A stretch of 64,000 nucleotides of DNA from Callorhinchus milii. Its lineage: Eukaryota. The notes under the pieces were generated by a model. The model was not told where the DNA came from and did not search any database. It saw only the letters and a list, made by a program, of their open reading frames with translations. The stretch spans positions 73,658,001 to 73,722,000 of the forward strand of contig NW_024704743.1 of assembly GCF_018977255.1 (NCBI RefSeq), read 5' to 3'. This document shows, piece after piece, positions 27,099 through 41,439 of the stretch. Each line of letters opens with the position of its first letter. The stretch's first letter is position 1. The position numbers were made by a program, and so were the translations under genes.

Positions 27099-29484
27099 AC
27101 AAAGGAATTAAGACAAAGAGTTGCTTCTTCTGCATTTGCTGAGCATTCAGTAAAACTACATAAAATATAGTCACCACACTTGACAATAAATGCTGTGAAG
27201 AGCTAGGAAATTGACGACATGATAAGATGCTATTTACAATGCAAAGATTATTATTCTTCAGAGGTGGCAACTAACAAACCGTTTAAGCACAAAAAAAGCC
27301 TCTTCCTGAACAATTCAATATAAGCATTTCAACATTTAAGAAGGTTGTCAACTTAGAAATGTGTTCTTACAGTGGAGAATGCGTTCCATAATTACTATTT
27401 GTAAGTCAGTTTGATGCAAATTCTTAAAAATTGTTTTGATTTATGCATTTTTGCTTCAATAAAAATACTTCCAGATGACTAAGGATCAGTCTGCAGTTAA
27501 CAGAAGTTCAGTGCAATCAATTGCAATCTTGCCCAGCTCATAGCTTTACAAATATCTGGCAAATAAATTGCTGTTTCTGCTTCCCATCCTGCATCAAAAG
27601 GAATCAGAGAGAAAATGCTTTGCCCATTAAAAAATGTGAATCATATTTCGAAGGAGGAGGAGTGACATGGTGATATTGTGACTGGCTTTGAGTTTCTGAT
27701 CCATAATACTATTAATGGTAGCCGCTCTCCCAAATTAAACCCTTTATTCTTGTGGTGCCCAACAAATGGCCCAAGAGCCAAAAGTGGCCCCCGGGCACAA
27801 TAGATTGAAAGCAATAGGCTTCATGAAAAATATGCCATCTTCTGTATTCATGTATATTTTAGATTCATTTTACATTATCTTCAAACGTTCATCAATGCTG
27901 ATCACTGAAAAAAAGTGTAATCAAAAATAAACATCTCTCTGGCTCAGATAAAAAGGCCAAGGCATTACATATAAATTGCATATCTGTTTATCAATCTGCC
28001 AGTTAACATAAAAATGCACAAGGAGATAATACCAATTTCTTGGTTTGCTGTATATTTCAGACCGAATAAATTTTACCATATTCACACTTGGAAGTTCCTT
28101 GCGCAAAGTTAAAAAGGAAAATGTATCTACAATGGGAGAGACACACAACCCTTAGAGGTTGAATGAAAATATAGGGGCGCAAAGCAGGAGTCAGAACTAT
28201 CCCGCAAAAAGAACACAGGCAGAGAATTAAATGGGATTACAATAGACATAGATTTACATAGAACGTTACAATATGGAAACAGGTCATTCAGCCCTGGTTT
28301 GCACTGGTTATGCTTCACATGAGTCTCCTAATCCTCGCTCCCTCACGTATACGTGTAAACACCACTATGTAGCAAATTCGTATTGAATTTTATTGAATTA
28401 TTGGGAATGATTGAATTACTGCTAACATAATTCATAAAGAGTACAAATTGGATTTCTTAAGAAATATGATACAACAGATGCACAAATACCTTTAAGGTTA
28501 GCTGACCACACATGAAAAGATTGGTATTCTGGAATCGCACTCCATTTTACAGAAGGTGGTGGAATTACACTTTTTGAGGAGCTTGGCAATTATCCAATGG
28601 ATTTTTCTTCACACCAACTTAATTGAATCACACTTAAAAAATAATTGCTGAAGTCCATTTCCAAAATTGTATACTGCCACTTCAAAGGATCAACTGCAAT
28701 GCCTGTGCCCCACATCCTTATTACACTATCTAACGAACCGTAGAAAAAAAAGTTTATTTTTTTTTTAGTGGTTAATGGTTCAACCCTGTAACATTATAAT
28801 TAAGTTGCAACAAAATTCTGACATGTTATTTATCTTTTAAAAAATGTTTTGCAAAAGTTTGCAACACTTCAGTTATTCAAGCAGAAATTGAAAAGATTCA
28901 GTTCAAAAACCAACTGATAATTAAATCTATTTTAAAATGTGCAGAAATGAAAGAACGCTTTTCACATCTCTCCACCGAGAATTTGAATAATATATAACCA
29001 AGTCATTTTTTGCTCTTCATCAAACATAGGTTCATTTAAGAATTCTCATTATTGGCACGTTTGACACGTTTGACATATTGGCACGTTTGACATAAAAACA
29101 ATGTGGTTACACTGGAAAGTTCAGAAGCCAGAACATCTCATATTACGACACAGTATGTAGAATTGCTTCCCAGCTCTTAAATCTAGTACTGCAGAAACCA
29201 CAACTGGACATAATAATAATCCTTGTATTTGATATATCGCCTTATCACACCTTCGAGACGTCTCAAAGTGCTTCACAAAGTATACATTAAGGTGAATTGA
29301 CTGTATATTTTGTGGGCAAAACACGGCAGTGTCCCATATTGTGCACATAACAGTTTGTTCACTCACAGTTGTTCAATTCAAACTAAGTGTTTGCAACTAT
29401 GTACCTTATCTAGCAAATTAGATAAAGTCTGCGTGTCAATATAACTTGCTTTGCTGACCTGTGTATGTGAATGATTCACATTCA

Positions 29485-29873
29485 AAACATTCAGAACTCT
29501 GCCGCCCGCATTCTCACTCGAACGAAACTGCGTTCCCCAATCACCCCAGTTCCTTGCCAGACTGCACTGGCTGCCTATCCCAGAAAGGATCGATTTCAAG
29601 ATCCTCACCCTTGTATTCAAGTCCCTGCATTCCTCTGCACCCCCCTACCTTCAGCCACTATGCCCCGAGGCTCTGGAACTGCCTTCCTTACTGCCTTTGT
29701 CTCACTCCCTCCCTTCCCATTTTCAGGTCTCTGCTGAAGACCTTTCTTTTCGACCGCATCTTTGATCACCTTCCTTCCCTCCCTCTGGCTTGGCCCCGGG
29801 ATCCGTTACTGTAAAGTGCTCTGAGACGCCGTCCGGCGTGGAGGGAGCTATATAAATCCAAGTTGTTGTTGTT
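29485..29873 (+). mobile_element. L2 3' fragment (second tail type)
   Basis: IQNSAARILTRTK...LHWLP...FSHYAPRLWN...LKTFLFDR; tail close to the copies at 20505 and 32255. Confidence 0.85.
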
Positions 29874-30839
29874 TCAGAATCTCAGGCCTCCAGCAGCCAA
29901 AAAACACATGTCAGAGATGTTCATGTTGTCATCAGAGACAGAAATGTCAATAGAAATACCAGCCAAAGCTACCTCTTTTGGCAGAGCATGGGAATAGCTA
30001 TCAGTAATAAAAAGCAATGTAAATTCTGCTCCAAACATTCAACACACATTCAATGCCACCACAGAGGCAGAGGAGAAGAGACGTTATATATTCAGAGGTC
30101 AGGTTTATCTGCAGCAGTAAGGGAAACTGTCCGTAGTCAAAAATAATTTCAACTTTGATACTAATCGTAATTTTGACAGGATGATCCATTGTTACACGTT
30201 TGACACATGGCAAAATATCATAAACCATTTTGAAACATCATTTCATAAAACCAACATTTTTTCAGAACCTTGCATCAAGATTTATAGGTGAAAGAAAATA
30301 AAGTAGAACATTTGCTTCCACTTGGGGTTTCTAGATGAAAATGAAGGGTTCTGAGGAATTGCAAATATTTCCCTCCAACGTTGAAACAAGACATGCAAAA
30401 ATGTGCCTATACAGCTACCTGTCTTGTGAAGCAACCTGAACTGGCTTCAATAAATGCTTGAATCATAATGGACTAGCTACCATATTCTCGCTCTTCCTAG
30501 TTTACCCACTTTCCCTAGTTTCTCCCACCCAAACCATCTTCTTGTTCTGCTCACAGCACTATTGAGATCGGGAATTCATTTTATGAAGGGACAGATGGAG
30601 GGGACGGTAGGATGGATGTCTTGAAAGGCTGAGATCAGATAAGCCAAAGGATCTTCTGCATCCAGACCAATCTTGTGATCAACATGCTCAACCTACAACC
30701 TGTCGCTTTGTGCCAACTCGCTGCTGCACTACTGATAACAGTGCATTAAAATATCATGGAATAAGGATAAACTATTCAGCCATAAAGCCATCTTCTTTGA
30801 TGGAAAGGAGTAGTACACTCACTCGTTTTCAATTCTCTT

Positions 30840-31190
30840 CATGCCCTCGCACCTCCCTACCTAACCGATCTGCTTACACCCCACTCCACCACCTGCTGCC
30901 TCCGCTTGATTGGTTCTGGCCTCCTGTTTGTCCCTCACGCCCTCCGTTCCACCATTGGTGGCCTTGCCTTCAGCCTAGTGGCCCAGAAACTCTGGAACTA
31001 TTTCACTCAAACCCTCCGCCTTGCCCCCTCCCTCCCTCCCCACCTTCAAATCCCACCTAAAGACCTTCCTTTTTGATCATACTTATGGTCACCTCCCCTC
31101 CCCGGCTCATTGTCTGACTGCCACTGTCAAGTGGTCTGGGACACTACCCTGTGCGAAGGGCGCTATACAAATGCAAGTTGTTGTTGTTGA
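30840..31190 (+). mobile_element. L2 3' fragment
   Basis: PTFKSHLKTFLFD; tail gggcgctatacaaatgcaagttgttgttgtt. Confidence 0.8.
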
Positions 31191-32254
31191 CTCACTGAAC
31201 CTTTGCACAACCTCTACATCCAGTCCCTGACCAGGAGCACTTTACTCTCCCTTCACCGTCTCGCCCACCTCAAACCATACCTCATACCCTCACAAATCAA
31301 GGGGCTTTTTCCAGTGCAGAGCCATTGTTTTCACTCCATATTTGCTGTTCTGAGTGTTTTTTCAATCCCTATGTAAAGCTTATCCTATCAAGGGCTGCAA
31401 CATATTTAGTCCCCTAAAAACATTTAGTCCCCTAAAAAGATAACCTATGCCTGACGGCACAATAGATATAGTAATAAGTGCAATTAGAAAACTAATAATT
31501 AAATAAAACAATTGCACTTTATTTAGTTTCAACATGCCCTGAAAACTAAGGACTTTCATTAATTTTACCAAACTATTAAACTGTAATCAATTTAGGAAAT
31601 CTTCAGTACAGCAAAATTTGTGTAAACAATTTAATCCTGTGTCCTCTACTGATATCCTACCAATGTTCCTATAACAGATAAAGAAGTTTTTTAAAAAAAA
31701 GTAATCAACTCCTTAGTTTCTAAGCTTATCGCACACTCGGTTTCGTTATCTGAAAATTCCCCGTGCCATGCTAATCACAGCAGATTCCGGAGTAGTGAGC
31801 TCTGAAATGATGAATGGCCAATTCATGATAGGGCTCACTTCAAGTCTAGCAATCAATACAGTCTCTGAGGTATGGTTGAGAGGGCTGCTTCGACCCTTAT
31901 CAGTACTCACAGACAGCAATAATACAAGAAACATTGGTGAAGAGGTAATAGCAGTCTGCTTCATCATTCCTTACTTTAGACTACTGTCGTTCATCAGTGC
32001 TAGCAATCAATTAATAGCTTGGATAAGGGCATTTTAAATGACTTTTTTTTAAATAACATGTATTTCAAGTGAAACTCTTTTTACTGCCCATGATGTATGG
32101 TAAGATAAGCGGTTACACAGAATGTGTATAGTAACAACAAAAGGCTCTACCGAATATATACTATATAAAAGTTCAGAAGAACTAAAAAGGCTTTAACAGT
32201 TTGAATGAGGCCACAGCACCTTCACAACACAATGTAGTGCTACAATGTAGTGTA

Positions 32255-32402
32255 GTCTGCTGAAGATCTTTCTTTTCGACCGCGCCTTTCGTCACCTTCC
32301 TCCCCCTCCCCCTGACTCGGCCCCGGGATCCGTTACTGTGAAGCACTCTGAGACGCCGTCCAGCGTAGAGGGCGCTATATAAATCCAAGTTGTTGTTGTT
32401 GC
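32255..32402 (+). mobile_element. L2 3' tail
   Basis: ctgctgaagatctttcttttcgaccgcgcc...gagacgccgtccagcgtagagggcgctatataaatccaagttgttgttgtt. Confidence 0.8.
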
Positions 32403-34004
32403 TAACTCCAGTGCTTCTTGGTTCTCTGTTGTCTTCATGTCAAAAATTACACTTTACTGTTTAATAATAGTAAATAGCTTTAGGAACTATGAAAATATCT
32501 GGGAGGAATTAATTAGGTTGTATTTCTCCATTCCATATGAAAAAGAAAATTGTTAAAAATCATCCCAAAGTATAAATGAGACGAAATAGAGGACGGGGGG
32601 TGGGGGGAGGAGCCGGGGGGGTTGGAGGTGGAAGGATGACCGAAGGCACGATCAAAAAGGAAGGTCTTTTTTGGTATCTATTTTGGCACCTCCCATTCCC
32701 TGGTAAATTTAGTGAAAAGAGTAGTTTTGTTCATTGAGAGTTCATTGTTTTTAGAATATCTGCTAGCCTGTCATTTCGGGAAGCCTGCCTATCTGAATTC
32801 TGGACCTGGGAGTATGCTCAAAAAATAACTCCGGTATTGTGCATATGCACATAATCACATACCCACCCCACCCCGATGTGATTTTCACTGGAACAAAAGG
32901 TTTTTAAAGTAAATTCACAAAAACATCTAAAGCAGGTTTAATATTTTATGACTGGCTGTGACACAGATTATTTCCACATCTAGAACCTCTCAGTGAAAGA
33001 ATAATATGAATTTTGTGTTTTTAGTGCTCAGAGAAATACAAATTTGATTCTCTTGGGAAGTAACAAAAAAAGCAAACACTGTGAAGCGTGTTAAATAGAA
33101 ACCCAGGGCTACAAAATATCGACCACAACAATGTGCACCTGAGAATTAAAGCAGGCTGGTGGCAAACATTGTAGCGCACAACCCTTCAAAAGAAGATAAA
33201 GGACACTCAGATCAATAAATCGTTGAAAAAATGATTATTTCTACAAGTTGAAGGTCAGTTGAGGTCAGTACTACTAAGGCAAATAGAATTTGTTAATTTA
33301 ATCCAACAGTCTTGGCACTGAAACAAAAACAAGGATTTTATCAGGAAGAAACACCACCCAACAACTCGGAAATTAAATGACTTGTTCAGTCTGCACCGTT
33401 CTTACAGAAAGCCTGCTCCACTTCTTGATTTATTTCAGCAAACTGCTAAGGAATGATATAATACGCTAACAAAAGTTGGCATTTGAGCTATGCTAACACA
33501 ACCCTTTAAAAGAAGATCTCTTTTCTGGACTCTTTCCACCCCCCCCACCCCACGGGAAATTAACCATAGTACTAATAGAGAAGGTGGTTGGCATTACTCA
33601 TAAAAGTGGAGATATAGAGATGACATTTTAAGTAATAAGGCACAATATCGCAGTTGTTTATTAGTATTGCTTTGTACCACAAGAAATCTCACAAATTTAC
33701 CACAATGATTTGGGGTGCAATATATTACAGTAACACAACAACAACAACTTGAATGTCTCAGAGTGCTTCACAAATACACACACACACACATACACTCACA
33801 GGTATCCAGCTCTAAAATGTATATCTATATACAGAAATCATACAAAACTATTCTCCTTATCAAAGCTTTCACTATCATTAAACCAAAGTCTCATGTGACA
33901 GTTTTCAGGGAGATGGTTTGCCCACACAATACAGTCAGATCACTTTACAATATATTCTGTGAAGTGCTTTGAGATGTCTCAATGACGTGATAAGGCACTA
34001 TATC

Positions 34005-35075
34005 TGCAATTTCCACATGTATGCGAATGATACCCAACTCTACCCCTCCACCTCCACCCTCAACTCCAGGACCACTACCGTCCTCACAGACTGCCTGTGG
34101 GACGTCAAGTTCTGGATGAGAGCTAACTTCCTCCAGTTGAATGTGAACAAGACCAAGACCCTCCTGATTTGCTCCCATCAAAGCCTCCATTCCTCAGGCG
34201 CTGACAGCATCACCCTTCATGGATGCACTCATGGAGCCAATACAGAACCTCGGCGTCCTGTTTGACCCTCAACTGTCCTTCATCCCCCACATCCGTGCCA
34301 TGACCCGCTCTGCAATATTGCCCGGCTTCACCACTGATTCTCACCGCAAACGGCTGAGACCCTCATCCACGTGTACATCACATCTAGGCTCAACTACGCA
34401 AACTCCCTGCTTGTCAGCCTCCCCAACTCCTCCCTCCTCAGGCTGCAGATCATCCAGAACACTGCAGCCCATGTCCTCTCCTGCAACCTTATCACCCCCA
34501 TCCTCGCCCGGCTTTACTGGTTCCCCATCACTCAGAGGATACAGTTCATGATCTTAGTCCTCACCTTCAAAGCCCTCTTGCTCCTCCCTACCTCTGTGAC
34601 CTAACTCCCTTACAACCTGTCTGCTCCTTCCACTCAGCGGGCTCCAGCCTGCTTTCTTCACCGGCCTTGCCCGCCCAACCATTGGCAGGCGGGCCTTCTG
34701 CCTCTCTGCCCCCATCCTCTGGAACTCCATTCCAGTTCCTCCTCCTTGCCCCCTCCCTTGCCTCTTTCAAGATCCTTCTCAAGACCCTCCTCTTTGACTA
34801 TGCCTTCGGTCACCCTCCTACCCACAAATATACAGTCAATTCACTTTACAGTGTGTTCTGTGAAGCGCTTTGGGACGTCCTCTTGACGTGAAAAGCGCTA
34901 TATCAAATGCAAGGATTATTATTATTATTATTATTATTATTACCCCTACCCTCCCAGCACTCTACCTGTCCTGATCCCAACCACCAGCTCGAGTGCGGAT
35001 CCCTGACTGTCCAGCACCTTGGGACGCCCTCCTGATGTGAAAGGCGCTATACAAATGTAATTTGTTGTTGTTATA
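34005..35075 (+). mobile_element. L2 ORF2 3' ~1 kb with a SINE tail inserted at ~34820-34941
   Basis: FHMYANDTQLY...WMRANFLQLNVNKTK, ITSRLNYANSLL and LYWFP motifs. The inserted SINE tail ends in (ATT)n, after which the L2 tail resumes. Confidence 0.9.
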
Positions 35076-35249
35076 TCAAATGCAAGGATTATTATTATAT
35101 GTAAGATCCCCCAACACTATTTGAAAGAGAAGGTAGCTTCTCCCAGTGTCCTGATCAACAATCCTCCAAATTAAATTGGTCATTCACTTCATGATTATTC
35201 TTGGATGATGAAAAACACTGCCACAATTGCTGACTATTTTAACAATATC

Positions 35250-35660
35250 ACAAAAAAGCTTCAGATGAAAAAGGCCCTTTGGTCCATTTGATTGCATCCT
35301 TCCAGAATACCAACCATCCTGTCCCCTTATCACAGAATCGAGCAGTGCAGTGTTCAAGCCTCGAACACCTTTCTCTGTGACCTGTTCCAATATTTAAATA
35401 CTTCTTGGTATCTGTCCTGAAATTGTTTTTTGTAACTCTAAACCTGTCTCCTCTTATTCTGCTGTCTCAGTGCGTCTGAAAGTTTTGGACTAAATTTACT
35501 TTCTCAATTCCATTTAAAATCATGCAAACCTCTTCGATGTCCCTTCTGAGATGTCTATTTTTGAAGACTAAAGAGCCCCAACTTGTCTAACTGTCGCCAA
35601 CACCTCATTCCGTTTACACAACAATCACCCATGTTGCTCTTCTCTGCGTCTCTAAATCAC
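35250..35660 (-). mobile_element. CR1 3' fragment
   Basis: Minus strand has aagttggggctctttagtcttcaaaaatagacatctcagaagggacatc (KLGLFSL...LRxD-like) and a CR1-type tail (atggaccaaagggcctttttc). Confidence 0.6.
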
Positions 35661-35839
35661 TGCTAAATAGTAATTATTTGTGAAGTGCTTTTGTTGTGAT
35701 AATTTACTGTGAAAATGTAAGCGCTTTCTTACTTTAGTTTGTAAGATATGCATTTCATTTTTTTATGCTCCAGTTTCTCTTCCATTCCTAAGCAGTGTCA
35801 ATATTTTCCATAACAGTCTATATTGATCTATGACAAGCA

Positions 35840-36150
35840 GGCGTGAATATAAGAAAGCCATCAGCAGATTTCAATGAGAGTTTAGAAGGGACTTCTTTTT
35901 GCGGAGGATGGTGAGTATGTGTAACTCACTGCGGAAGCTGTGGTTGAAGCAAAAAGTATCACTGTATGCAATGCATATATGAGGGAGAAGGAAATAGAAG
36001 GATATGAGAGATGAGAATAGGAGGGATGGTGACTCATATGGAGTTATAAACCCCAGCTCAGACAGGTTGGGATGCATGGCTTGTTCCATAATAATTATTA
36101 TTATATTATTATTATTTTTATGGCTTGTTCTGGTGCTGCACAGCCTATAT
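35840..36150 (+). mobile_element. CR1 3' fragment
   Basis: agaagggacttctttttgcggaggatggtgagtatgtgtaactcactgcgg (FF.RMV..WNSL-like), followed by a CR1 3' UTR-like tail. Confidence 0.6.
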
Positions 36151-38091
36151 AATTTCCTTTGAGAATTGGAGATTGTGTAGCCTTGGGGAAGTTTAAAAAA
36201 ATTACCTTGTGCTGATCTGGAAAGTCTTTTAAATTGGACTTTTTTTTTTTGCTTGATATTAGACTAACATTTATATTAAAAGGTTACCTAAAAATCAATG
36301 GGAGCGACTACAAATAAATTCTTTGGGGTTTGGCTTTAGGTTTCCACAAGGGAAATGGCATCCTCTAGGCACAATTCCTAAGAAAAAAAAGCAAAAGTCA
36401 GCAGTTTAGGTGACTTCCGTTTCAGAATCAAGTTCTGAAATGCTTAATTTCCAGTACACATACAGTTCTCTACCCCATTTCCTGATCAGACTTTTTGTGT
36501 TTTATTATTTGTCACTACCACGTTGATACATTTGTAAAAGTCAACCAACGTTAATTACAATACACTCAGGCAATGCCATACGTGCTACATTACAGAAATC
36601 CACCACGCTACAAAAGTGTATTGAGCAACAAACAACAGATGAATTCCTAATGAACCCGTGGATTTAGTCAATCATTCCAGATTGATAAAAATACATCCAT
36701 TTTGAAATGTTGCCTTTTGACCTTGAACTCGTTAATTGCCCGTCTTTTTTTTAAATCAACATGAGATTCCTCGAAAGGTACCACAAAGGTGGACTTATTG
36801 CTAAGTTTAAAAGTTCTTGATCCAAAAGTATCCTTAGGTTCCAAGACATTTACAGAGGTTTATGAAGTATTTTGCTACAGGCGCTGAAAAACCACATGAA
36901 GTGAATTAACTCCCAAGTCGATTCTTGAATGTGGAGACATATAAAATACTATATCTGGCTTAATATTAGTTCTATCCAGCATTGTGGTACAGCAGATAGA
37001 ATAAAAAAAACATTAAGCTTGGATTACCCTGGAGACGATCTTCCCTTATGGACAGATTAAAATCTTTCACTGCACATTATCTGAATGCACAGACTGTTCC
37101 ATATTGCCAGTGGAGAATAGTATTTCTCAAAGGTATTGCATAATGGAGAATACATATCAATGAGATTATAGCCAAGGTACTGCAGGAGTTCAGTGTCCTG
37201 ATTACACAACCCCTGCAGTTAGTCTTATAGGCTATGAAACCAGTCAATTCTAATACATTTTGATAGTGGTATTACTGTTATTTGCTACTGCAATAAAATA
37301 CAGATCACTTTTATTTAGATCAAATAAATTGCACTCGTGCTTGGAAAGCACAACAAACATGTAAGAACACAGATGTTCTCTGCTATAAAGGTTGCCACTG
37401 GTGAATTGTATGGACCTTAAATAAAACACGTATCGTATTATTTATCAATTCAACTCTTCGAAAGTACCAGGTTTCCCTCTAAACTCTGCCTTTGTAAACT
37501 TTTGAATTACTAGGACATCAGGGCTGTCGCATCTTTGATAAACTGGCTTGGCAGTGGTAAACAAATTAATTCAAGCCATCTTCCTTCCTGCCAGTTAAGA
37601 AGAGTGGTGCAGGATCGAGGTGCCTTGCTCCACCAGTTCTGCATCAATCATGTCAAAAGAATTCAAGCAAACTTGACAAATTCAAAGCACTGATGTGTTG
37701 AATGGATCTGCATTGCTAAGTTGAACAGGAAATGCACCAACTGAATGACCTGAGTATTTGCTTCACCAAAGTCAGGTTATACACATTCAAAAAAAAACTT
37801 TCTAAACACAGTACATTTCATTAAATTGGGACAATTATTCACTCATCGCAGGGATAAGATCACCAGCCAGCTTAAAAAAAATGCAATTTTTTTTTACAAC
37901 TCAATAAGTTACTGTGCAACACAAGTCACAACACAACTCAATTAGTATTTAATCATTTTGTAATTTCTAGTCCCTGAAGTTTTGCAAGCCAACATGTCCT
38001 AAGATTTTTTTTTGGTCAGCCAGTGTCTGACACATCCAGAAATCCAATACTCTGATTAAGAATATCCAAATGAGACTGAGAGTTTCACATA

Positions 38092-38410
38092 TATAATGAT
38101 AATAATAATCCTTGCATTTGATGTAGTGCCTTATCACATCTTCCATACATCTCAAATCGCTTCACAGAATAATAAAATAAAATAAATTATCCTTACATTT
38201 GATATAGCTCCTTATTGTGTCTTCGAGATGTCTCAAAGTGCTTCACAGAATATACTGCAAAGTAAATTTACTGTATATTTTGTGGGCAAAACGAGGCAGC
38301 CAATTGCGCAAAGCAGTGTCCCACAAACAGTCGTGGATTGAGTGACCAAATTATTATTTTCTTTATTGTTGAAGGGATTATTACCCCCGGAAAAGTGATC
38401 CACCAATCTA
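38092..38410 (-). mobile_element. SINE 3' portions (tandem tails)
   Basis: aataataatccttgcatttgat... tails and cagccaattgcgcaaagcagtgtcccacaaacagtcgtggattgagtgacc, matching 24320-24465 and 19590-19745. Confidence 0.7.
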
Positions 38411-39449
38411 TATGCCAATTGCACATGGAAATCTCTCCGTGAATGGAATGCACACTCTCCATGGAGAGAATTGTCACAGGTTGACGAGAGCCAATGATTG
38501 GGGACATAATGTGCAATGGGGTACTGCTGCACTTTAACCTGTTAAAACTGCTCAACTTGTCTTTAAAGAATAGTCACAACTACTCAGATGGACAGCTACT
38601 CAGCCTCAGGAAGTCCCCAAAGTACCCTGCAGTGTATAAACCATGGATCAAACAACTGACTCATATTATTGCAATTCATTTGGAAACTCTATTCGTGACT
38701 AAGTGAGCAATGCTTGTTTTACTCACCAGATCTATTCTACAAAAAGCCTTCAGCAGTGTTGCTGGAGATACATATTGAATTTTGCATCTGCCAAACCAGA
38801 TTGTTCGTGAAAAATGCTAATGACTAACTTAATTTGGGAAGAGTATGCAATGCTCTAATCTTGAAATTCCAAGTGTATAAGTCATCTGTGCATAATTTTA
38901 GAATGTGCGTTATGTTGCTCCCTGCACAATATCAAATTGTTAAGACCCCCAAGAGAAGTGGTTATCAAAATATATACTGATAAAGTCTTATTACCTAAAT
39001 AAACATTGCAATTACCTGAAGGCAGCTAGGAAAAGTGAAAGGAATTGCAAACACCACAAAACATTCTCTGAACATTGATTGCCGGTAGGTTTAAGATATT
39101 TAACTTGCTCAGCTGGAGCTGGACACGCAGGTGCTGTGCAGGGTTCTGCTTTCACCAAATTGCCCCATATGTATCCTCATGTTTGATGAAGAAAAATGAA
39201 TACATTTACATGGATGATTTTTTCATGGGCAAAGTTCAAGAAGTTGCTCCACAGTAAATATTTTGCCATGAGCTGTTGCAATGCTAATAATGAGATGTTT
39301 TGTCAAAGGAGCTTCAGTTTTACAGAAACAACTTGCATTTATATGGCAACTAAAGGATAACAATTCAGAATGCTTCACAGCAGTGGAGCTGGACAGTGGG
39401 GTTTTCAAATGAGGCTTCCATCAAACAGACATGGGATGCCTTATATTTT

Positions 39450-40220
39450 ACTACACCAAAATTACATTTGTATTGCGCCTTACACATTGGGAAGACGTCC
39501 CAAGGCGCTGAACAGTCAGAGTTTCGGACCCGAGCTGTGGGTCGGGATTGGGGATGGTGGAAGGCAGGGGGGGAAACAGGAGATTCTTGAGATGGTTCGT
39601 GAAGGTAGCAAGCAAGGGGGGGGGGGGGGGAGAGGGGATGGAGTTCGCTGAGCGGAGGGAGCGAACAGGATGATAAGGGGTAAGGGAGGTCGTAGAAGTA
39701 GGGGAGAGCAAGACCGTGGAGGGCTTTGAAGATGAGGGCCAGGATCTTGAACTGTATCCTCTGTGTGATGGGAAGTCAGTGTAGTCGGGCGAGGATGGGG
39801 GTGATAGGGTCACGGAGACTGGTGCGGAAAAGGACACGGGCTGCAGAGTTCTGGATGATCTGCAGTCTATGGAGGGAGGAGTTGGGGAGGCCGACAAGCA
39901 AGGAGTTTGCATAGTCGAGCCTCGATGTAATGAATGTGTGTATGAGTTTTGGTGGTCTGCGGTGTGAGACAGTGTCGGAGCCGGGCGATGTTGTGGAGGT
40001 GGGGGAAGGCAGAGCGGGTCATGGCATAAATGTGGGGTAGAAAGAATAGTTGAGGGTCAAACAAGACCCCAAGGTTCCGGACTGGCTTAGTGAGGTGGAG
40101 TGTGCAACCACTAATGGTGATGCTGTCAGCGCCTGAGGTGAGGAGGCGCTGACGGGAGCCAATCAGGAGAGCCTCGGGCTTGTTGACGTTCAACTAAAAA
40201 AAATTAGCTCTCAACCAGGC
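39450..40220 (-). mobile_element. L2 ORF2 3' fragment
   Basis: NVNKPEALLIGS...VRNLGVLFDPQL motifs and an L2 tail at 39450-39520. Confidence 0.88.
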
Positions 40221-40397
40221 TGACTAACTTTAGTCAGTTATCGGTTCTAAATCCTTCCAGTTATAATCAAGGCTATTAAAAATCTGTTTATCTCACATCA
40301 AAAAATAAATGTGTCCTAATTAAGTCTTATTAGCAAATTCACAAGATTAATTCAGGTAAATTGGACACTTCCAGAATAAACACACTACCGTCCATCC

Positions 40398-40575
40398 AAC
40401 AACAACGATGACAACAACATGCACTTATATAGCGCCCTCCACGCCGGGCGGCATCTCAGAGTGCTTAATAATGGTGGAGCCCAAGCCCGAGTCTGGAGGA
40501 GGAGGAAGGTGACCGTAGGTGCGGTCAAAAAGGAAGATCTTCAGGCACGACCTGAAGATGGGGAAGGAGGGGGCC
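40398..40575 (-). mobile_element. L2 3' tail (second type)
   Basis: tatatagcgccctccacgccgggcggcatctcagagtgct...gcggtcaaaaaggaagatcttcagg. Confidence 0.75.
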
Positions 40576-41439
40576 ACAACTTCAAACTGTTTTTTTTAAA
40601 ACAAGTCTGCTGTCCTGGCCTCAGTCATCCTCTGGGTAAAAAAACACTGTTCCTGAAAATGCCCTTTACAACTCTAAGCTTATGTCCAAGCAAGGCCATG
40701 ATATTTTTCTGACTTCACTTGACAGTGTGGTCGGTGACATATTGTATCCAGTCGCCTGGGTTTCCCTATATTTAATTAATGCAAAAATAATCTTTTGCCT
40801 GATGCAAATAATTCAAAATTATTTCTTTAAGGAAAGTAACATGTATGGCAATTTGAGCTACCTTTAACGTTTTGATTTTATGTCTTGATCGTACAGCACT
40901 ACAAAACATTCAACGATTGTGAAATACATAACAGCAGCAGCGCACCACCAGCACAGCAACCTTGATTATTTACCACAGGTCAAAGATTACATATTGATCT
41001 GGAAGAAGGACTTTACTATTAGAAATCTAGTTACACTTTTCGATTTTGGTGCAGAAATACTGCAGCGGTCCAGAATGATAAAGGTTAAAAGAGAATCTAA
41101 TAGACGTGTTCAAAATTATGAGACTTTAAAAGACGAATGTTTCTGCTGCTAGTTAATCGTCAACAGGACAAAAAATTCAAGGTTATTACTTGGAGATGGT
41201 TAGATTTTTTTAACATAAGGGTAATTTGGATGTGAAACATATCACAACAGTTAGTATTGAACATTAATTATAGCATTCAAAAAGAAATGGGATAAACATT
41301 TGAAGAATGAAGACAAAGAATATAAGACTTTTTTGGGGTGTTAGTGGGTGTCTGACACATGCAGAAACCCATCACTATGCTTAACAGTATCCAAACCAAA
41401 CAGAATTCCGTGAATCCAGAATTTCCAGAGATATTTATT

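Noticed and set aside
29051..31437. Short tandem duplications (attggcacgtttgaca at ~29051-29093; atttagtcccctaaaaa at ~31404-31438)
   Set aside because: Ordinary slippage products with no further structure.
38720..38800. Minus-strand gtgagt donor as a candidate for the missing ACL4 exon
   Set aside because: Two frames have stops and the third (RCKIQYVSPATLLKAFCRIDL) does not resemble the expected sequence.
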